Origin: Raillietiella orientalis
Taxonomy: Eukaryota
Direction: 5' to 3'
NCBI GenBank assembly: GCA_036172245.1
Contig: JAYWIR010000003.1
Coordinates: forward strand, 1,488,001-1,552,000
DNA: 64,000 bases
Below are positions 11,111 to 25,580 of this stretch, piece by piece; the stretch's first letter is position 1; each line of letters starts with the position of its first letter. Both the position numbers and the translations under genes were made by a program. Under the pieces are notes generated by a model. The model saw nothing but the letters and a program-made list of their open reading frames with translations, was not told the origin of the DNA and did not search any database.

Positions 11111-14100
11111 TCCGTTCCAAGGTGACCTGATTCTCTCCTCCGCTTTCCGTCGGATCCAGAATTCTTGGTCTGCAGCAGAAACCAAACCCGGAATCGCCAA
11201 CCGGAAAGCGTGCGGCAGGGATGCGCCCCCGCCATTTTCCGACAACAGCGGCAGGTTTCGACGAAACCGCAGCTCCGGGGAGGGAGACGTGAAATTCGCC
11301 AGGGATTATCACTCCCAGAGGAAGGGAACACAACAATGGCGGCGTCTTGCGTTCACTATGGAAAGCTGCGGCCTTCCAGGAGGTTCGCCTTCCGGATGGC
11401 GGTTACCACTGTCAACACGCAAACAGGATGCATCCTTTCCAGCTGGACCGATTCGAGCTTGGAAGCAACCAGTGGTCGCATACGAGGACACTCGCTTTTC
11501 GAGCTCTCCTGGCTCCGAAGAAGTTCGCATCACTCGCTCTTCCGCTCAGGCGAGCCGCCCGTCGGACACGCGGTGCCTCGGTCCTGCGGAGGAAAAAGCG
11601 GAACGCGCTTGAAGGTCGGAACACACCAACGGGTGAAGGAGGAAGGAAAACCGGTGCGCCCTGGAAAGTCAGAGGGCGCTCTACGGAGTTTCGCAAAAAG
11701 GAAACCACGGCTTCCTTTTCTCCCGCAGGGGCAGGCAGGCGACGTTCCAACCAAGGCATTCTTCTCCGGTCACCTGAGGAGCCACTGCTCGAAAGCGCGT
11801 TCCGAAGGAAACCGCCATTACTTCGCCTGCGCTGGTCACAGAGAAATAAGGGATGCAGCACACGCTGGTTCCGGTCCTCGTCCGTGCACTACGAACTGAA
11901 TGCACTGAGGGCACACTTTTGAACAAAGCCATCGGGTTGGACGCTGTTCGATAAACGCAGGGAAAGACCGACAGATCAAGTTTCTTTGATTCCGAGGTGC
12001 CTCACACTGTCCGCACACACAGCACATGAGAAAAGATCAGCGCCCAGCCACTGACGTGGGTCTCCTACGCAGTGCGGCCGCAACCTGAGAAGCACCCTAT
12101 CGTGGTGATCCATCAGGAATCTTCGGCGTGACACGAGGTATGCCTCGCGAGCCTCCACGCTCGTATGCAATCACCCAACCACGTCTACGAACAAGGCGAT
12201 CACTCGAACACCTCGTAGTGATGCTGACGAAAATTCACTTCGACATTCACCGACGATCTCGCTATCCTTCCCTCAGGTTAAGGGATTTGATTAAGGCATG
12301 CCCGGAACCCGTACGGAAAGAATACTGGAACTCTCGTGCCAGGAGCAACGTTGGCGAAACTGCACAAAAAAAAAAAAAATTCGGCTCCTCCAAACACAGA
12401 TAACAAACAACCTGCTTCACTTGAGGAAACCCATGCCTTGAAAGCGAATTGAATCCTCCTAGCACGCAAAAATTAACCTCGGGCAATACCCTTTTCAATA
12501 ACAAGAAAGCAAAAACAACCGATTCTGACACTGTACAACACCGACGATGTCAACGTACGGTATCCGTGCTAAAAGCACATCGGTCTGGACTAAAACGCGG
12601 AGATCGCGAAGAGTTTTTGCCAACTTATCAAAGAGATCGAGTTTCAATTGATCAACACTTGACTCCCTCTCTACGTTACCAACCTGAGACTGGGAATTTG
12701 CATTCGACACCTTTAAAGGGCTTGGTGGATTGGCATACCAGCTACCACGTTTACCGTCCATGCACCAATGCGGCTAAACATACGTGGTTTCAAAAGAAGA
12801 AAAAAGAAAAAAAAGCACACTGAATTGAGCAAAGCCAAGCTCACCGACTCGCAACTTGCGCATACGTGCATTGAAATGTGGAATGGCAAGAAAGCGGGCA
12901 TGACGGAAAGCGTTGCCGTGTTAAGAATGCGCCCTCAGGACAGGGATCCTTAGGCGATGTTTTGCACAAGACGCGACCTGAACCGTAAAGTATGACATCC
13001 AAACAGTAATCGCGCACAAGCCGTTTCATAAATTGAAATGACGCAACCGACTACACAGTTGCGTTTAAAGTAAACAGTAAACACAGAAGACGCAAAAGAA
13101 GAAGAAAATGGATGGAAAAACACATCGCGGCGTGATTGTGGCAAACAAGGTTCCCCACTTTTGTTTCGAGAGGACACGCTGCACTCCCAAGACAATCCGG
13201 AGAAGCCGGGCTCGTCGATCGATCTTTCAAAAACAAATTGAAAATTTACGACCGAAACGAGCAGTACGAATGCATCCTTTGAGAAATCCAGAAAACAGAT
13301 CGGAATTTCGCCAACGCGTCCAGCGTTTAGCAAAAACACTTTTTCCTGACGGATTGCCGTTCGATCGTGGAAAGAGAGGAAGGGTGGCGCTCCTCCGGAC
13401 CTGCCTTTGCGCGTTAGCGCATGGCACGCGGCTGTTGTCATCGGGCAAAAGATTAATAGAAAAAGAAACGATGGGTGCGCACACCGAAAGAACCCTACAA
13501 GTCACCCCCCTCCCCCCCCCACCCCCCCAAAAAAAAAAAACGTTCCCAACAACTTTAATCAGAATTTTTCTGGACTGCTTCCAACTATCAGGAAAACCTC
13601 GCAAAGATGGTGTACACCAACCACCCCCCCCCCCCCAGTCAGATTTCGCGTCAAAGATTCCCCAGCTTTTTTTACAGGATGCGTCTCCTGAAGTAACTGT
13701 TTGGAAGTCGCCGCGATCGGGGGTGCACAGCAAAGCTCTCCAAGAGCAAAGTGAGCCACTGTGCTTGGGAACGTGGACGCACGTCCGGTTCGACCAAACC
13801 ACGAAGGCTCCACGTACCAACGTCAATGAGGAAACGTTTGCACGCTGATGGACAAACTGCAGAGAGTGTTGCGAGAAGGTCACTGGGACGGTCTGCATGA
13901 GGAGGGGGGAGGGGGGGGGAAGAAGAAGAAGAAGAAGAAGAAAAGACTTTGCTCCAAAAAGCATCGAGCACCTTGCTACATGACGGCTGGGTCTCTCGAG
14001 CTAACGAAAACACGAAACACGACAACCCGCTCGACTAGCTGAAAACGGATTGATGATGATGAGATCAGTCCGTCTTCAGTTGGTCCAGCACTTCAACGCC

Positions 14101-16032
14101 AACAGTGGCGAGGCTCCAGACAATATTTTATCGGTCTGTCTTCCGAATGTTCCTTCTCGACCTGGGAAAGCGACCGCAATTCGCGTGAGTTACGTCACAA
14201 AACTCTTTCTTTCGCCCAGCTCTTCGGGAAGCCAACAGTAAAACAAAAATGGCTCCAGTCCAAAGTTCTGGGGCTTGAGACCCACGCTCGCGCATGTGTG
14301 TTCGCAGGAACTTTCTTTTCCCAGCGATCTGTCATGGATGTCCTCTGCATGCATACTCCAGCCTTTCGTTATCTGCCGATGACAGGGCAAAAAAGCATGG
14401 GAGACCCTGGTCTCTACTTATAGATGCAACAAGAACGGCATTCCGGCACTGCAAAGGTCGGACACGGTGGGACTGAAGGGCACTAGGGTTCGAAAAAGGC
14501 GTAACACACGAATTTTCCCTGCCCGCTGTTCTTTACGCTTTTAAGATTCTATGGGATTCTCTGAGGGAATCCCACACGCTGGCTCCTAACGCGTTCCGGT
14601 ACTCCTACCCTTGGCTTCGGCAGGCACTTCCGGGGAATTCACGTCTCACCCTCAGATTACAGACAGCACTGCGATATGCCCGAAACAGCAAACGCGTTTC
14701 AATTGCTTAGAAGACGCCAAACAACTCCGCACAGAGCTCTCCCCAGTTCTCAACACAATGGCACATCCAAGTACCTTTATTGACTACCGTTCTTCACCAA
14801 CTGCTCCCAAGTTAATTACAGATGTGGGAATTTTTAAACATCATTTCTGCCCATATGCAAAAAATAAACATGAACTTCTCTAAAAATCGAACAAACGGAG
14901 ATGACACCTTAAAAGCTCACTTCAGCATGCAGCGCTCTTTTGCGTTCGAAATCTGACCAAATGCTTCCTGCCGATCGTCTCTTTATCGATTTTCGTTACT
15001 TTGCTCGTGAACCTACTGGAGCCTTGGCGTGTTGACTATGCAAGCCTCTGGTATGGGTCCGGGCGGAATTCGAAAGAATTCTGACGTCCGGGTTCGCCGT
15101 TGAATGTGCTGCAGCTCCCGCACACCCAGGGCGAGTGTCAGGTTGAAACCTGCAGCAGACACCACCACTCGTGCCAACGAGCAGACTCGGCCAGTCCGGT
15201 GGGTATTTCTTTCGCAAAAGGACGCATTCCCTGCATGCCAAGCGAACTAAACAAAGCTTGCCCATTGGACGACCTGATGACCAAGGGGTCTCTTGGAAAA
15301 GAAAAAAAAAAGGGTTGGAAAAAAGTTTTCATTATGCAGTTAGAAACTACTCTGATAAGCAAACGTAAGGAATAGTAAATCACGGACCAACCTACAAGAT
15401 ACGCGGTACCTACTACATACACACTTATGAGCACGAGATACCGGCTGAAGTGCTACAGGTTGTACGCTGCGCGTGCGCGCAAGAAGTGCCACACGCGCCT
15501 TCGGTCTGCTTCGGGAGTGAAATCCCGGAATCAAGGAATGAATCCGGAGGCGACCTCCGAAATCCATATCGTCCAGTCAAGTTTTGGAAGGAAGCCCTCT
15601 GACAGAAAGAGCGCTGGTGACCGCTAATTATTCCTCCCCCGCTTTTCGTACACGCCGGATGCTCTCCGAAGAGTCCAGCAGCTTTCCAGCAAACTCGGGA
15701 ACGGATGCGTCATAAAGCGAGAAGTAATGGGAACAGAAGAGAAATTCAAAGAGCGACACACAACAACCACCTCGAAACGTTGTAACGAACACTCCGCAAA
15801 CAAAGAATGCAATAAGAACAAAGCCGACTAATTGATTGGTACGGAGAGACACCCCGTAACTGCTTCCGCGCCGCAACAACGATTCACCTTTTTTTTCCTC
15901 TTGTGCTCTTGAGTCTTCAACGTGCCCCGTGTACTTGGCTTGGCTTCACCACCTCCGTGGCAGTTTCTCATACCAGCGTTGGGGGGGAACTTGGACATCT
16001 CACAAAGTCGCTGTCAGCATTACAACGAAACG

Positions 16033-16068
16033 GTGTGTGTGTGTGTGTGTGTGTGTACGTGTGTGTGT
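16033..16068. repeat. (GT)n microsatellite
   Basis: Directly visible, one interruption. Confidence 0.9.
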
Positions 16069-19000
16069 CTACAAAGCATGCACCGCTCCCGAATCGGTCA
16101 GCTGCCTTCTCTAGCTGCAAAATCGCACTGCTTTTCGACAGGAGCACACATGGGAATACAGAAACTCGACCTTAACGGAGGGAGCTGCCCTCGAGCTGGA
16201 AACACAAAATTACGGGAACAAACTTCACAGAGAACCAGCATCCTGTGCCCCTCATCAGCGACGGGACGGTATGCCACCACGCGCAAGGCTTCAAATTACA
16301 AGACTGCATTTGCCCAATAACTGGAACTGGATTGGGTAGTGACCACCCTACTGTTCCTCGTTTCTCCTTCACAGCTTTTTATCAAAGCATCGCTCAGGCA
16401 ACGCACAGAAAGATCGCGGAGAAACGTTGCCGAGTTATATGTTACTTGATGAGATGGTTCTTTCGTTTGTTTGTCTTTTACTGGTTCGTTGGCAACATTT
16501 CAATGTCACGATTACGAATTTAGAAAAGAAAATGCTAATATCGTGCAAAATACGTGCATTTTCTTTTCCCCCGTGGCTACTCCATGATTACCAACGCAAC
16601 CTTACCACGAGGGACAATCCCGGGGAGGAAAAGGACGCAACCCTTTTCCTTTTTTGCATCCCCGTTTGGGGATGCAAAAAAGGGGGTTTGGCTGCATGGT
16701 ACTCGTTCATGGGCAGTTTCGATAAGCGAAAGATTACGGTTTTCTACCACAGCCTGCGAATCACCTGACGGATTTAGAAGCCCTTAGAACAACAGACCAG
16801 CTACTTGAATGACAAGTATCCAGCAGGGCCGCGATCAGACTTCTGGAAACACATTCAACAGCAGCAAATCTCGCGAAACGGTGCTTCTGCATGAATAACG
16901 GAAGAATATTCTGTATACACATATTAAAGAAAAGGATCAAGCAATGGATAACAAGATGCATGGCATCCAACACACTATAGGGGACACAAGATGGTCCACG
17001 TCTTTCGTCACGGGCAACTTCAAAAACTTTCTTCCATCACCCGAAATGCAGAGCGGCAGATTCACAGGCGAACGCGTAAGGAAGAAACACATTTCTGGGG
17101 GGGAAATAACAAGGTGGGGAAACGCCCAGTTGGAAGGAAAGAGAGAACGAATTCACGCCTCCTGGAAATTTAAGACAGCTTTTTCCCTACGAGGCACCTA
17201 CATCTACGAAAGGAGGGGGGAAAAAAACAAGCTGGATATGGTAGTAGTCAAACTGCTAGATTCGTTGGCACGATCTTGACAGTGCAAAAAAAAAAAAAAA
17301 AGCAATTAACCTATCAAAGACCTTCAAAGGAGCATGGTTTGGACCTGGCTCTTTGGGTAATTTTTCAACAAAAACATTCATAGTGATCACTTGAGTGGTT
17401 TGACTTCAAATGGTGCGAGCCGAAGGTATCTCTGCCCATTTACCGACGGAAATTCCTTAAATTCTTCCCAGCAAACGCAAGACGCTGTATAAAAATAAGG
17501 AAAGAGAAAAAAAAAAAAAAAAAAGAGAGAGAGAGAGAACTTCAGAGAGTCCACTCCCAAGATTACAGTCCGAAGCAGCGCTGTGCGGCCCATCCGGGGA
17601 CTTGACTAGCAATCAGAAAATCCCAAGGCGCGCATGTGATCATTTTTCTCAAGGCTGGCCTTCCAGCATGATTCCGTCCAAGCCTGGATTGATGACAACC
17701 CAGTTCCCGAATTCAAGAATCGAAAATTTGGCGATTTATCAGAGGCTCGCCCAAGTGCGCTTTAAAAAGAGCCTGCGTTCCTGAAGTAACAGGGAACGGT
17801 CCCTCCTCATGTGGAATGCGTTATTCACTCAAAAGCTGAAGACTGGCCGCCGTCGACATCGGGTTTGTCGGATCGAAAGCAGCGTGCAACACGTTTGTAA
17901 ACGGAAGACTTGGATACTGGAGAAAGTTCCTTTTTTTTGGGGGGGGGGGGAGGGTCGAATGCAAAAACATATGAGCAAAGAAATTCACGGATGAAACTTG
18001 GAAGAAAAGAAGGGGGGGATGGAGAAGCGGATTATGGATTAGAACAACGATTGGAAGAAGCGTTTAGGAAGATTGGCTCTTTCTACAAACCGAGGTTCGG
18101 CAGGAACGGTCGTGTCGTGCCGATGCCATTCAAATGTGTTTAAAACAAAACTCCCAGCTACATTTAACGGCACATCTGAAGTCCGATCCATAAAGCAACA
18201 AAAATCATTGTTTTAATGAAATGACCGTGGAAATTGCTTCACCCACGAACACTTCTCACGAGTGTCTCCCATTTGATGCGTTCGGAAGTGAGCGATTTCA
18301 TACGAGCTTTGAGAATTATCCTCGCCTTACGGAACACTAACTCAAATTCCCTGAAGAACCGAAAGCAATAGTTTTGAATTCGAGTTTTGCTTTCCATGCT
18401 CACGTGTGGGTGTTTTTTTTTTTCTTCTTCTTTTTGTTTGCTTCAAGCGCCATACCGTCCACTTACTGTGTAGGCAGACACAGTCATACGCACATTCACA
18501 CATCACAAACGCATTTTCAGAAAGCAAAGGTGCATGACTTTGTCTGAAAAATCCTCAGGTCAAATCACAGAGCATTCGTGTCATCAAAGATGCGATCACC
18601 AATTTAACATCAAAACATGAACACTTCCAAAAATGCTTTTTGTTGACTAGCAAAATAACATTGATGTGAAGTACATCAAACTTATAACAAGAATAAGAGG
18701 AACTCGAGAAAAAGCCGAATGCGCTTTCGCTGTTCTTGCCCATCATCACCTCAGAATATGAGGACCAGCAGTGCATTCATTCACGACTAATAACCTCGTC
18801 ACCATAACGGTCCACAGTTCACTTCTCTCCTTGGTAGAAAGCAAGAAACGAGCAGCAAGACACGCTACCACGTGGGTAGTCCGCCGGGAACCCGCAACAC
18901 AAAGAGGGTTGCGGCCGGGGTCTCCAGAGAAACAGGATAGCTGTCCACAGCCTCTTTGGATGTACACAAACATTCGCGAAGAGACTGCAGATTTTAAACG

Positions 19001-19411
19001 TCAAGTCCGGTGGAAAGTTTCCCAGGAAAAGCGCTGTAAACTGAAAGCATCGGTTCGAATTAGCGGGCGAAAGATGTTCGCGAGCAGGAGAATGAGAGAC
19101 CGGGAAGGTCACAACCCTAAGCTTCCGTTGCCATGGCAGGTCTTATTACTGGAAACAGAAAAACCAAATAAGCTGCTTCAAGTTTCACGACTTTGATATA
19201 ACCATTTTGCAAGGAAACCCACGTCTGCAATTTCAGCAGTGAACGCAATGAGCGCAAACAAAGTCGGCATACATAATATCAAAAACGGGACTTTGGAAAG
19301 CACAATTTTCAGCACTCTTTCGTTTATGTTATCCCAAGGATTCCAATGGGGAACAGACGCATGCACTGGATCACAAACAGGAAGCTGAGGAGATGCTGCC
19401 TAACAGCTCAC

Positions 19412-19585
19412 ATCCAGAAGAACTTGAAGAATAAGACAAGGTGCTGGAAACGCGTCGCAATAGCAATCCGCATGAGTGCCCGCAAGATGAAGACAAGTTG
19501 GAATCAACTGGAGGCTGTGGATGCACATCAGGTGATGCGGTGGCACTGAATAGCCCGTTGTAGAAAATTCCGACAGGCATCCCAT
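19412..19585 (-). CDS. Candidate alternative 5' coding exon of pyd (58 codons, Cys/His-rich)
   Basis: Possible acceptor cag at 19600-19598, ATG at 19585, MGCLSEFSTTGYSVPPHHLMC..CLILQVLLD, donor GAT|GTGAG in phase 0. Confidence 0.3.
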
Positions 19586-22500
19586 CGAAGAACACGTCTG
19601 CGCACAAGAGAACAGCCTCACAACAGCTTTCAACCGGAATCTTATGCGGAATGAAATATTGAAAACACATTCGACGAATCGACTCCAATTAACCAGAATG
19701 CATTCGAGGAACACCGCGCAGTAAATAAATGGAACCGACAGATCGTTTACTTTTGATGCCAATGCTTTAATTAACAGGAAAATGAAACATAATATCACGC
19801 ACTTCTGTTCCCAACCGGGCCATATTTGCATGCTTTCTTTTCGAAAGCACCTCCACCCTATGGATACATTTGCCAAAACGGGCACGCTATTACCGTGAAG
19901 AAATTAATTCTCAGAAGCACAAGATTCCTCCTCTATGGAATATTTTATAGACACTCCTACCCGCCCCACAAAGCTGTCTCTTTGCTTTCGACTTGGTTAA
20001 CATAATGGGCATTCTTCTTCTTTTTTCTGTTTCTTTGTATGTGTGTGTGTGTGTGCGTGAACCACAAGTTTTCTTAGGTGGCTCTGAATACAAAAATGAA
20101 TTTTACCTTCAAGCCAGAGGATACCTATCACATATTGCTGGAAAAAAAAAAAAAAAAAACATGAATGGGGCTGAGATGGTTGGCAACCAAATTTTTAAAC
20201 CATGGAAGTCTGGCAGGAAACGCATTCTGAATTCGATAAGTTGTCGTATTAAACAAACGGGGACAAAAGACTTGTCGATTTAAATTCTTCAAGTTTCTGA
20301 ATGGTGGAACCGTTCGATTTCGAAACCTACCTGTTAATTTACTTGGCGAATCTTGGAAATTAATTCACAAACGAAAGAACGGTAAGTTCTTTACTTCTGA
20401 TCATCATAAATTCGTTGTTGATTTTCCTCAGAACGGTAAGGAAAAAAGAAGCAAAATGCAAAAAAAGGAAAAGAAATGGAAAACGAAATAATCCTTACAC
20501 AGCGTCCTTCTATTAAGGAACGTCTCAATGTTTCGTAATGTAAGCTGATTAAGTAGTCAGACCATGAAGAGGATTCACTACAACTCAGAATGCACTCGAG
20601 ATGAAAAAAAATACGGTGAATCTCTCCGAAGCAGTGTCGATGCCGACCATCGAATATGGTCCAGATTGGTTGTCGTACACTGTGGGCAAAAAAGTCCACC
20701 GTTGTACACGAATACAGAGCCCTTCAAACCGACCTCGCTGTTATCTTAACTTTCATTTCATTATGAAGCAAACCAATGGACGTGTGAGAGCGACCTTTAC
20801 GGAAGCACACCGTTGTCAACTGACACTGCAGATGCCCTCTTTGATGAGGCAAACAAGCACCTGAAGACACCGACGAAACAAGACGAGAACGCCAAGGATG
20901 AATAATGTTGTTTCGCAAACTTCAGTCGGCAGTGAGTATCACATTTTCATTTCCAAATGTACTTTAAAAAAAAAAAAAAAATTCTTTGAATTCAATCACA
21001 CTAAGGTACCATAAACTTTTGCAACGCCCTAAAATCGGTTCTTTTTCCTCGTTTGGAAGAATGGAAGGAAAACAAATGATCGATAATGCACACCTAGGGG
21101 GAGGGGGGAGGAAGAGAAAACGGTCATTCTAACCGAGGTACAAACTGAAATGAGATCAAAGACCTCAAATGTTCTGAGGATGAAGAGTTAAAAATATGCT
21201 CAACGGGGGCTGCCACCCCTTGGTTCTTGAACTAGAGCTTAGAGGCAAAAGCTTCCACCACCGATCAGATTGTGATTAATTAAGGCAACGGGTTAGTTAG
21301 TACAGTAAATTCAAAAGGCGGTTGCATTTTTTTCCCCTCCGGATCAGTGATGCAGAAGACGTCACACTTCCAGGTGACAAACTTGGAACAGCTGGATGTA
21401 CCTGACACTCCTCCTCGGCTTTGGAACAGCAACCAATTCGTTCCAGGGCAGGTTAATGTACACACACAAAGGACTGAGGCTACCGTATTCAAGCAAACAC
21501 GGAATTGAGAGAGAAGACCTTTAGTCTGCAGCGACGTACGCTTGTTGACTAGTGTGGAAAGAAAAAAAAAAAAAAAAAAAGGATTACAGGATTACAAATT
21601 CTGCATTTTGGCACTCTGGCAAAGTATCGCAAGCAAGGAACAGATTGTCCTGCAGGACTGGTGAAGAAGGCAGCTGAGCTACGAGGAGCACTTACTTCTT
21701 GGAACACTTAAAAAAAAAAGGCCGTGAGATAATGAGTCATTCGAAGTAACGGTTAATGGAGAGCGTATTTTTCATTTACGGCGTGCACAAAAGAGGCTTT
21801 GCGATGTAAAGCTGACTCAGATTTATGATGAAAAATGTACGATTTCACGGTACAGATCTGAAAGCGAAATTCCTCTTGTTTTTCGGCGTGAAACCTTGAA
21901 GATCTTTCGAGATCGACCCAAAATTTTCGGGTGCGTCACCTCGAAGAGTTTTTTTTCTGTTCCATGTTTACAGCATGTACGTTTTTTTTGTTTTCTGGTA
22001 CGCCAACCTCTTCATCGCGAGACCTGGAAGAGGCTTCGGAAAAACCCCACGCTTCAAGTCGAACGTGTACATTCTGTTTTGTTCTTTACTGCCGAATGTT
22101 TTCGCTGGTGACTGATGGCTGAGATTAAGCGATGAAATTATGCGATCGTTCTTAAACGAAAGTGATTCCTCCGTGCACCGACTGCAGCGTCAACATGGAG
22201 CTGACCACATGGGGAAACGACTTGTTGATGTCCTCACTGTCCATTCCCTTGTGGCCGCAGTCTGCGTTATCTTTCCACTGTTATGCCACCGCACTATCAG
22301 TAAGCATCGCTTTCAAAACAAACACATGAACCACTTTTCGGTGGCATGCCCGCTTCCATCGCTAATGGACACGTAGAACACGCCTATCTGCTGCTTACAT
22401 TTTCCCTCGTGGTCAATTGGACCGTCGGCACAGGGATTCGTGAACCTGCCTACCCTTTGGTGGCACAGAAATCTACTTTGAAGCCCCTGGTAATAGACAC

Positions 22501-23726
22501 TGCTACTGCTACTGGTGGGAGGCAACCGTTGTACATTCTAAAGTTACCATAACGAATTTTCGAAGTATTTATTGTATTACTGCATCCGTGATTTTTTTCC
22601 CTCTCTGGTACAATAAATGACTATAGGGAAATTGGAATGAACTGAACGCATCTCTTTAAACACGTGGATGCCAGCTTCTCGAACCTCTATAGAAAGGGTC
22701 TTTCGTTTTAAGATGAGCACATCATTTTGCATTGATTTAATTACATTCATGATCTAATAAAGGCGAGGGAATGTAAATAACTGATTGCTGAAGATCGTGG
22801 CAAAGGGAGCCGCTGCTACATCCACGGTTGCGAACCTACGATTTATGTACGATAGAAGTGTATTAAGCACAGAGTTCAAATGAATAGGAGTGATAATAAG
22901 TAACCATGATTGGAAGACAAAAAAAAAAAAAAAACAAATTCGGATCTGACGATTTCGAAGGTCCTCATTTCTTTGAAACGAAATCAGGGTGCCGCCAAAT
23001 GTGAAGCTGTGTTTTCGTCCCCCGGTACCATAAATCACTGGTGTACGTGCACCAGTTGCTGCAAGGCTGGATCGTTCGTTCGCACGTACAACTGTGTACG
23101 TTGCTTTCCGTACGGTCGCAAGTCTCGCTCACAACACTTTCATCACACAAAGATGCTGGGGGGGAGATGGGAAGATAAAAGGGCGACGAGGACGAGCGAG
23201 CGCAGCAGACGCGCAAACAAGCAGACCACCGGAATGTATTTTCCCCTAGTTTTCTTCGGAGTGTTCACAGCACGGTGTTCTTTGCATCCCGGGGAGAGGG
23301 GGGGGGGGAGGGAAGGAAGAAAAAAGGGGCACTGGGGCTTCCATCCGCTGCCGTGCAAACGGAACACACGCGAACGACGCGTGACGTTTCAGTTCCAGCT
23401 CGTGACGCGACAAATGGGCACACAGACCGCGCAACCCATTTCCCGTGCAAGAACATTTCTAAAAATAGACCTGCGGGAGGATCAACTGTTTTTTTTTGCC
23501 TTTGGTGCAGGCACCACCCAACCGAATTCTCGTTTACCCCCTCCCCCCCCCCTTCCAAGCATTTTTTTTTTGTTGTTGTTTGCTTGTTTGTTTGTTCCTC
23601 CCCTCCCCCAACATTTTTGCGCGAATGGCGTGCCGCATCATCGTGTACGTGCACTGGCCGAATTTTCCCCACCGTACAAGAGTTTCCGATTTCCGCTTTC
23701 GTAACACGAATACAACAGGCACTTAC

Positions 23727-23807
23727 CTTTTCTTCAACTGGTTCGATTAGCATTTCCGTCAGTTGTGCAATGTGATTCTGGGGGGGGCCGTGCTCTCCGG
23801 ATCGCAT
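23727..23807 (-). CDS. pyd: Probable first coding exon of pyd (27 codons)
   Basis: ATG at 23807, MRSGEHGPPQNHIAQLTEMLIEPVEEK, consensus donor AAG|GTAAGT in phase 0, which joins in frame to GGERVIWEF at 4165. Lies just inside the GC-to-AT compositional boundary at ~24.4 kb. Confidence 0.5.
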
Positions 23808-25580
23808 GGTCACTTCCGAGGCGTGCGTCGTCAACGGTCACTCGATTCTCCTGCGGGAGCTGGCCACCTTTTTGTTCTCACTGCGAAGTACGAATGCCAT
23901 CGTTTTGCACACTGGCCACACGGCTCATCCTTGCTGCTCCCCCGCGTGCACAACCAACCGGGCACGCAACCCACCTCCGAGCTGGACGACTGCGATGTGT
24001 GCAGCAGAAACACGAAACCCCACTTCACGGTGACGCTTTCTGTGCAGCGATAGGTCACGGGTTGGCCGCGGTCATGCCAGAAGCCGCGCGCCAAAATGCG
24101 ATCGCGAGCAGCAGCATTTCGTCGACTACGGCACGGATTATGCCCGGTAACTATCGAAAATTCCGAACAAAGGACTTTGCGGGGTGGAAAGAGGCAAAAA
24201 AAAAAAAAAAATGAAGGGACGTTCGTACACACAGCAACAGCAAACTGAAACGCTGTTGCATGGAGATCTTGATTTTTCGAGTCACGTGACCGATTTGGGG
24301 GCACCGGAATGGCAGCGCGTTTTGAAAGACGGAATTCCCCTATCCTCAAAAAAAAAAAAAAAAAAAATAGCAAGCGTTATACATTAGAAATGTTGCAGTT
24401 GACGAAAACGACTCGGGGCTGTCCTTTTCCATAATTAAGAGCGATATTGCAAGATCAATAAGAAAGATAAAGCAACAAATAAAGGAAATATAGAAATGCG
24501 ATCTAAAATACCGCACAAAAAGCATTGGTCCATGAACGATTGTGTAAAGCCTCGAAGGACGCTAGCCATCCTTCCTCTTTCAAATCTTTTTCTTTTTGCG
24601 TGAGGTTACGTTTCTTTTCTGGAAAAAAAAAAAACAAATCGCATACATTTAATATTTAAAAGCAAATATGTAGGTTACGTACACTTGAGGGGTTTTCAAC
24701 TAGCCATTTGCAAAAATCCGAGTCAAAATTGAGCGCCATCCGTGATTTACGGGTGGTTGTGACATTCCTTACCATAAAATCTGTGGATGTCTCCAGGAAC
24801 ACTGGGACTGATTCTGCTCATCCCGTTTCTTCAAATCATCCTTGTTTGACATTTATCGCATCTGTAAAATGAAATTCTGCTTCTCAGAGTTGTGCGCATA
24901 TTGAACTATTTTCAATTTCGACTGAATCTAAGTCTCAATCAAAAGACTGATTGTACTACATCACCTTTTTGCAACCTTTTCTTTAAGATTACAGCCTGTT
25001 TCCGCTAATCTTCACCAAAAGTGTAATTTAAGGAACTAAGTAAAGGCTGGATGGGCATACCAAGTATGTACTCATGATTTCAAATACACACATAATAAGT
25101 ATAAGAAATCTCCAATTTGTCAGTAGCTGTGTCATAGTTTTAAATTATTCTCTTATTTTAAAAACAAGCCCTGCAACTCATGAGTCGTTTAGTGGATTGA
25201 CAGTCACTGTTCTGACCACTTAAAACTTTTTGATTGTATCATCGTCTAATTGCCTTAAACGTCTTGGCTTCACAATCATGGGAACCCTGAATGTCACATC
25301 GCAATTACTGAGATTTAAATGATTATGGATAGTATCACCAAAAGTGGAGGACTTCTGGTAATCTTCCTTTGTTACGTACATTTAATTAGAAAAAATATAT
25401 ACACGTATTTGGTAGAAGTAGGAAAGACAGCAATATGATCCAACAGTAGCGCTCCATTACGAGTTATCAAGTCGCGCTGAAGCGTCAAATAAATGCATAA
25501 AATTACACGTGATTTTAATACAAAATAATGGAAATCACATAGCTATCGTTTTTTTTTCCACCTTATTTCATGATTTCCAC

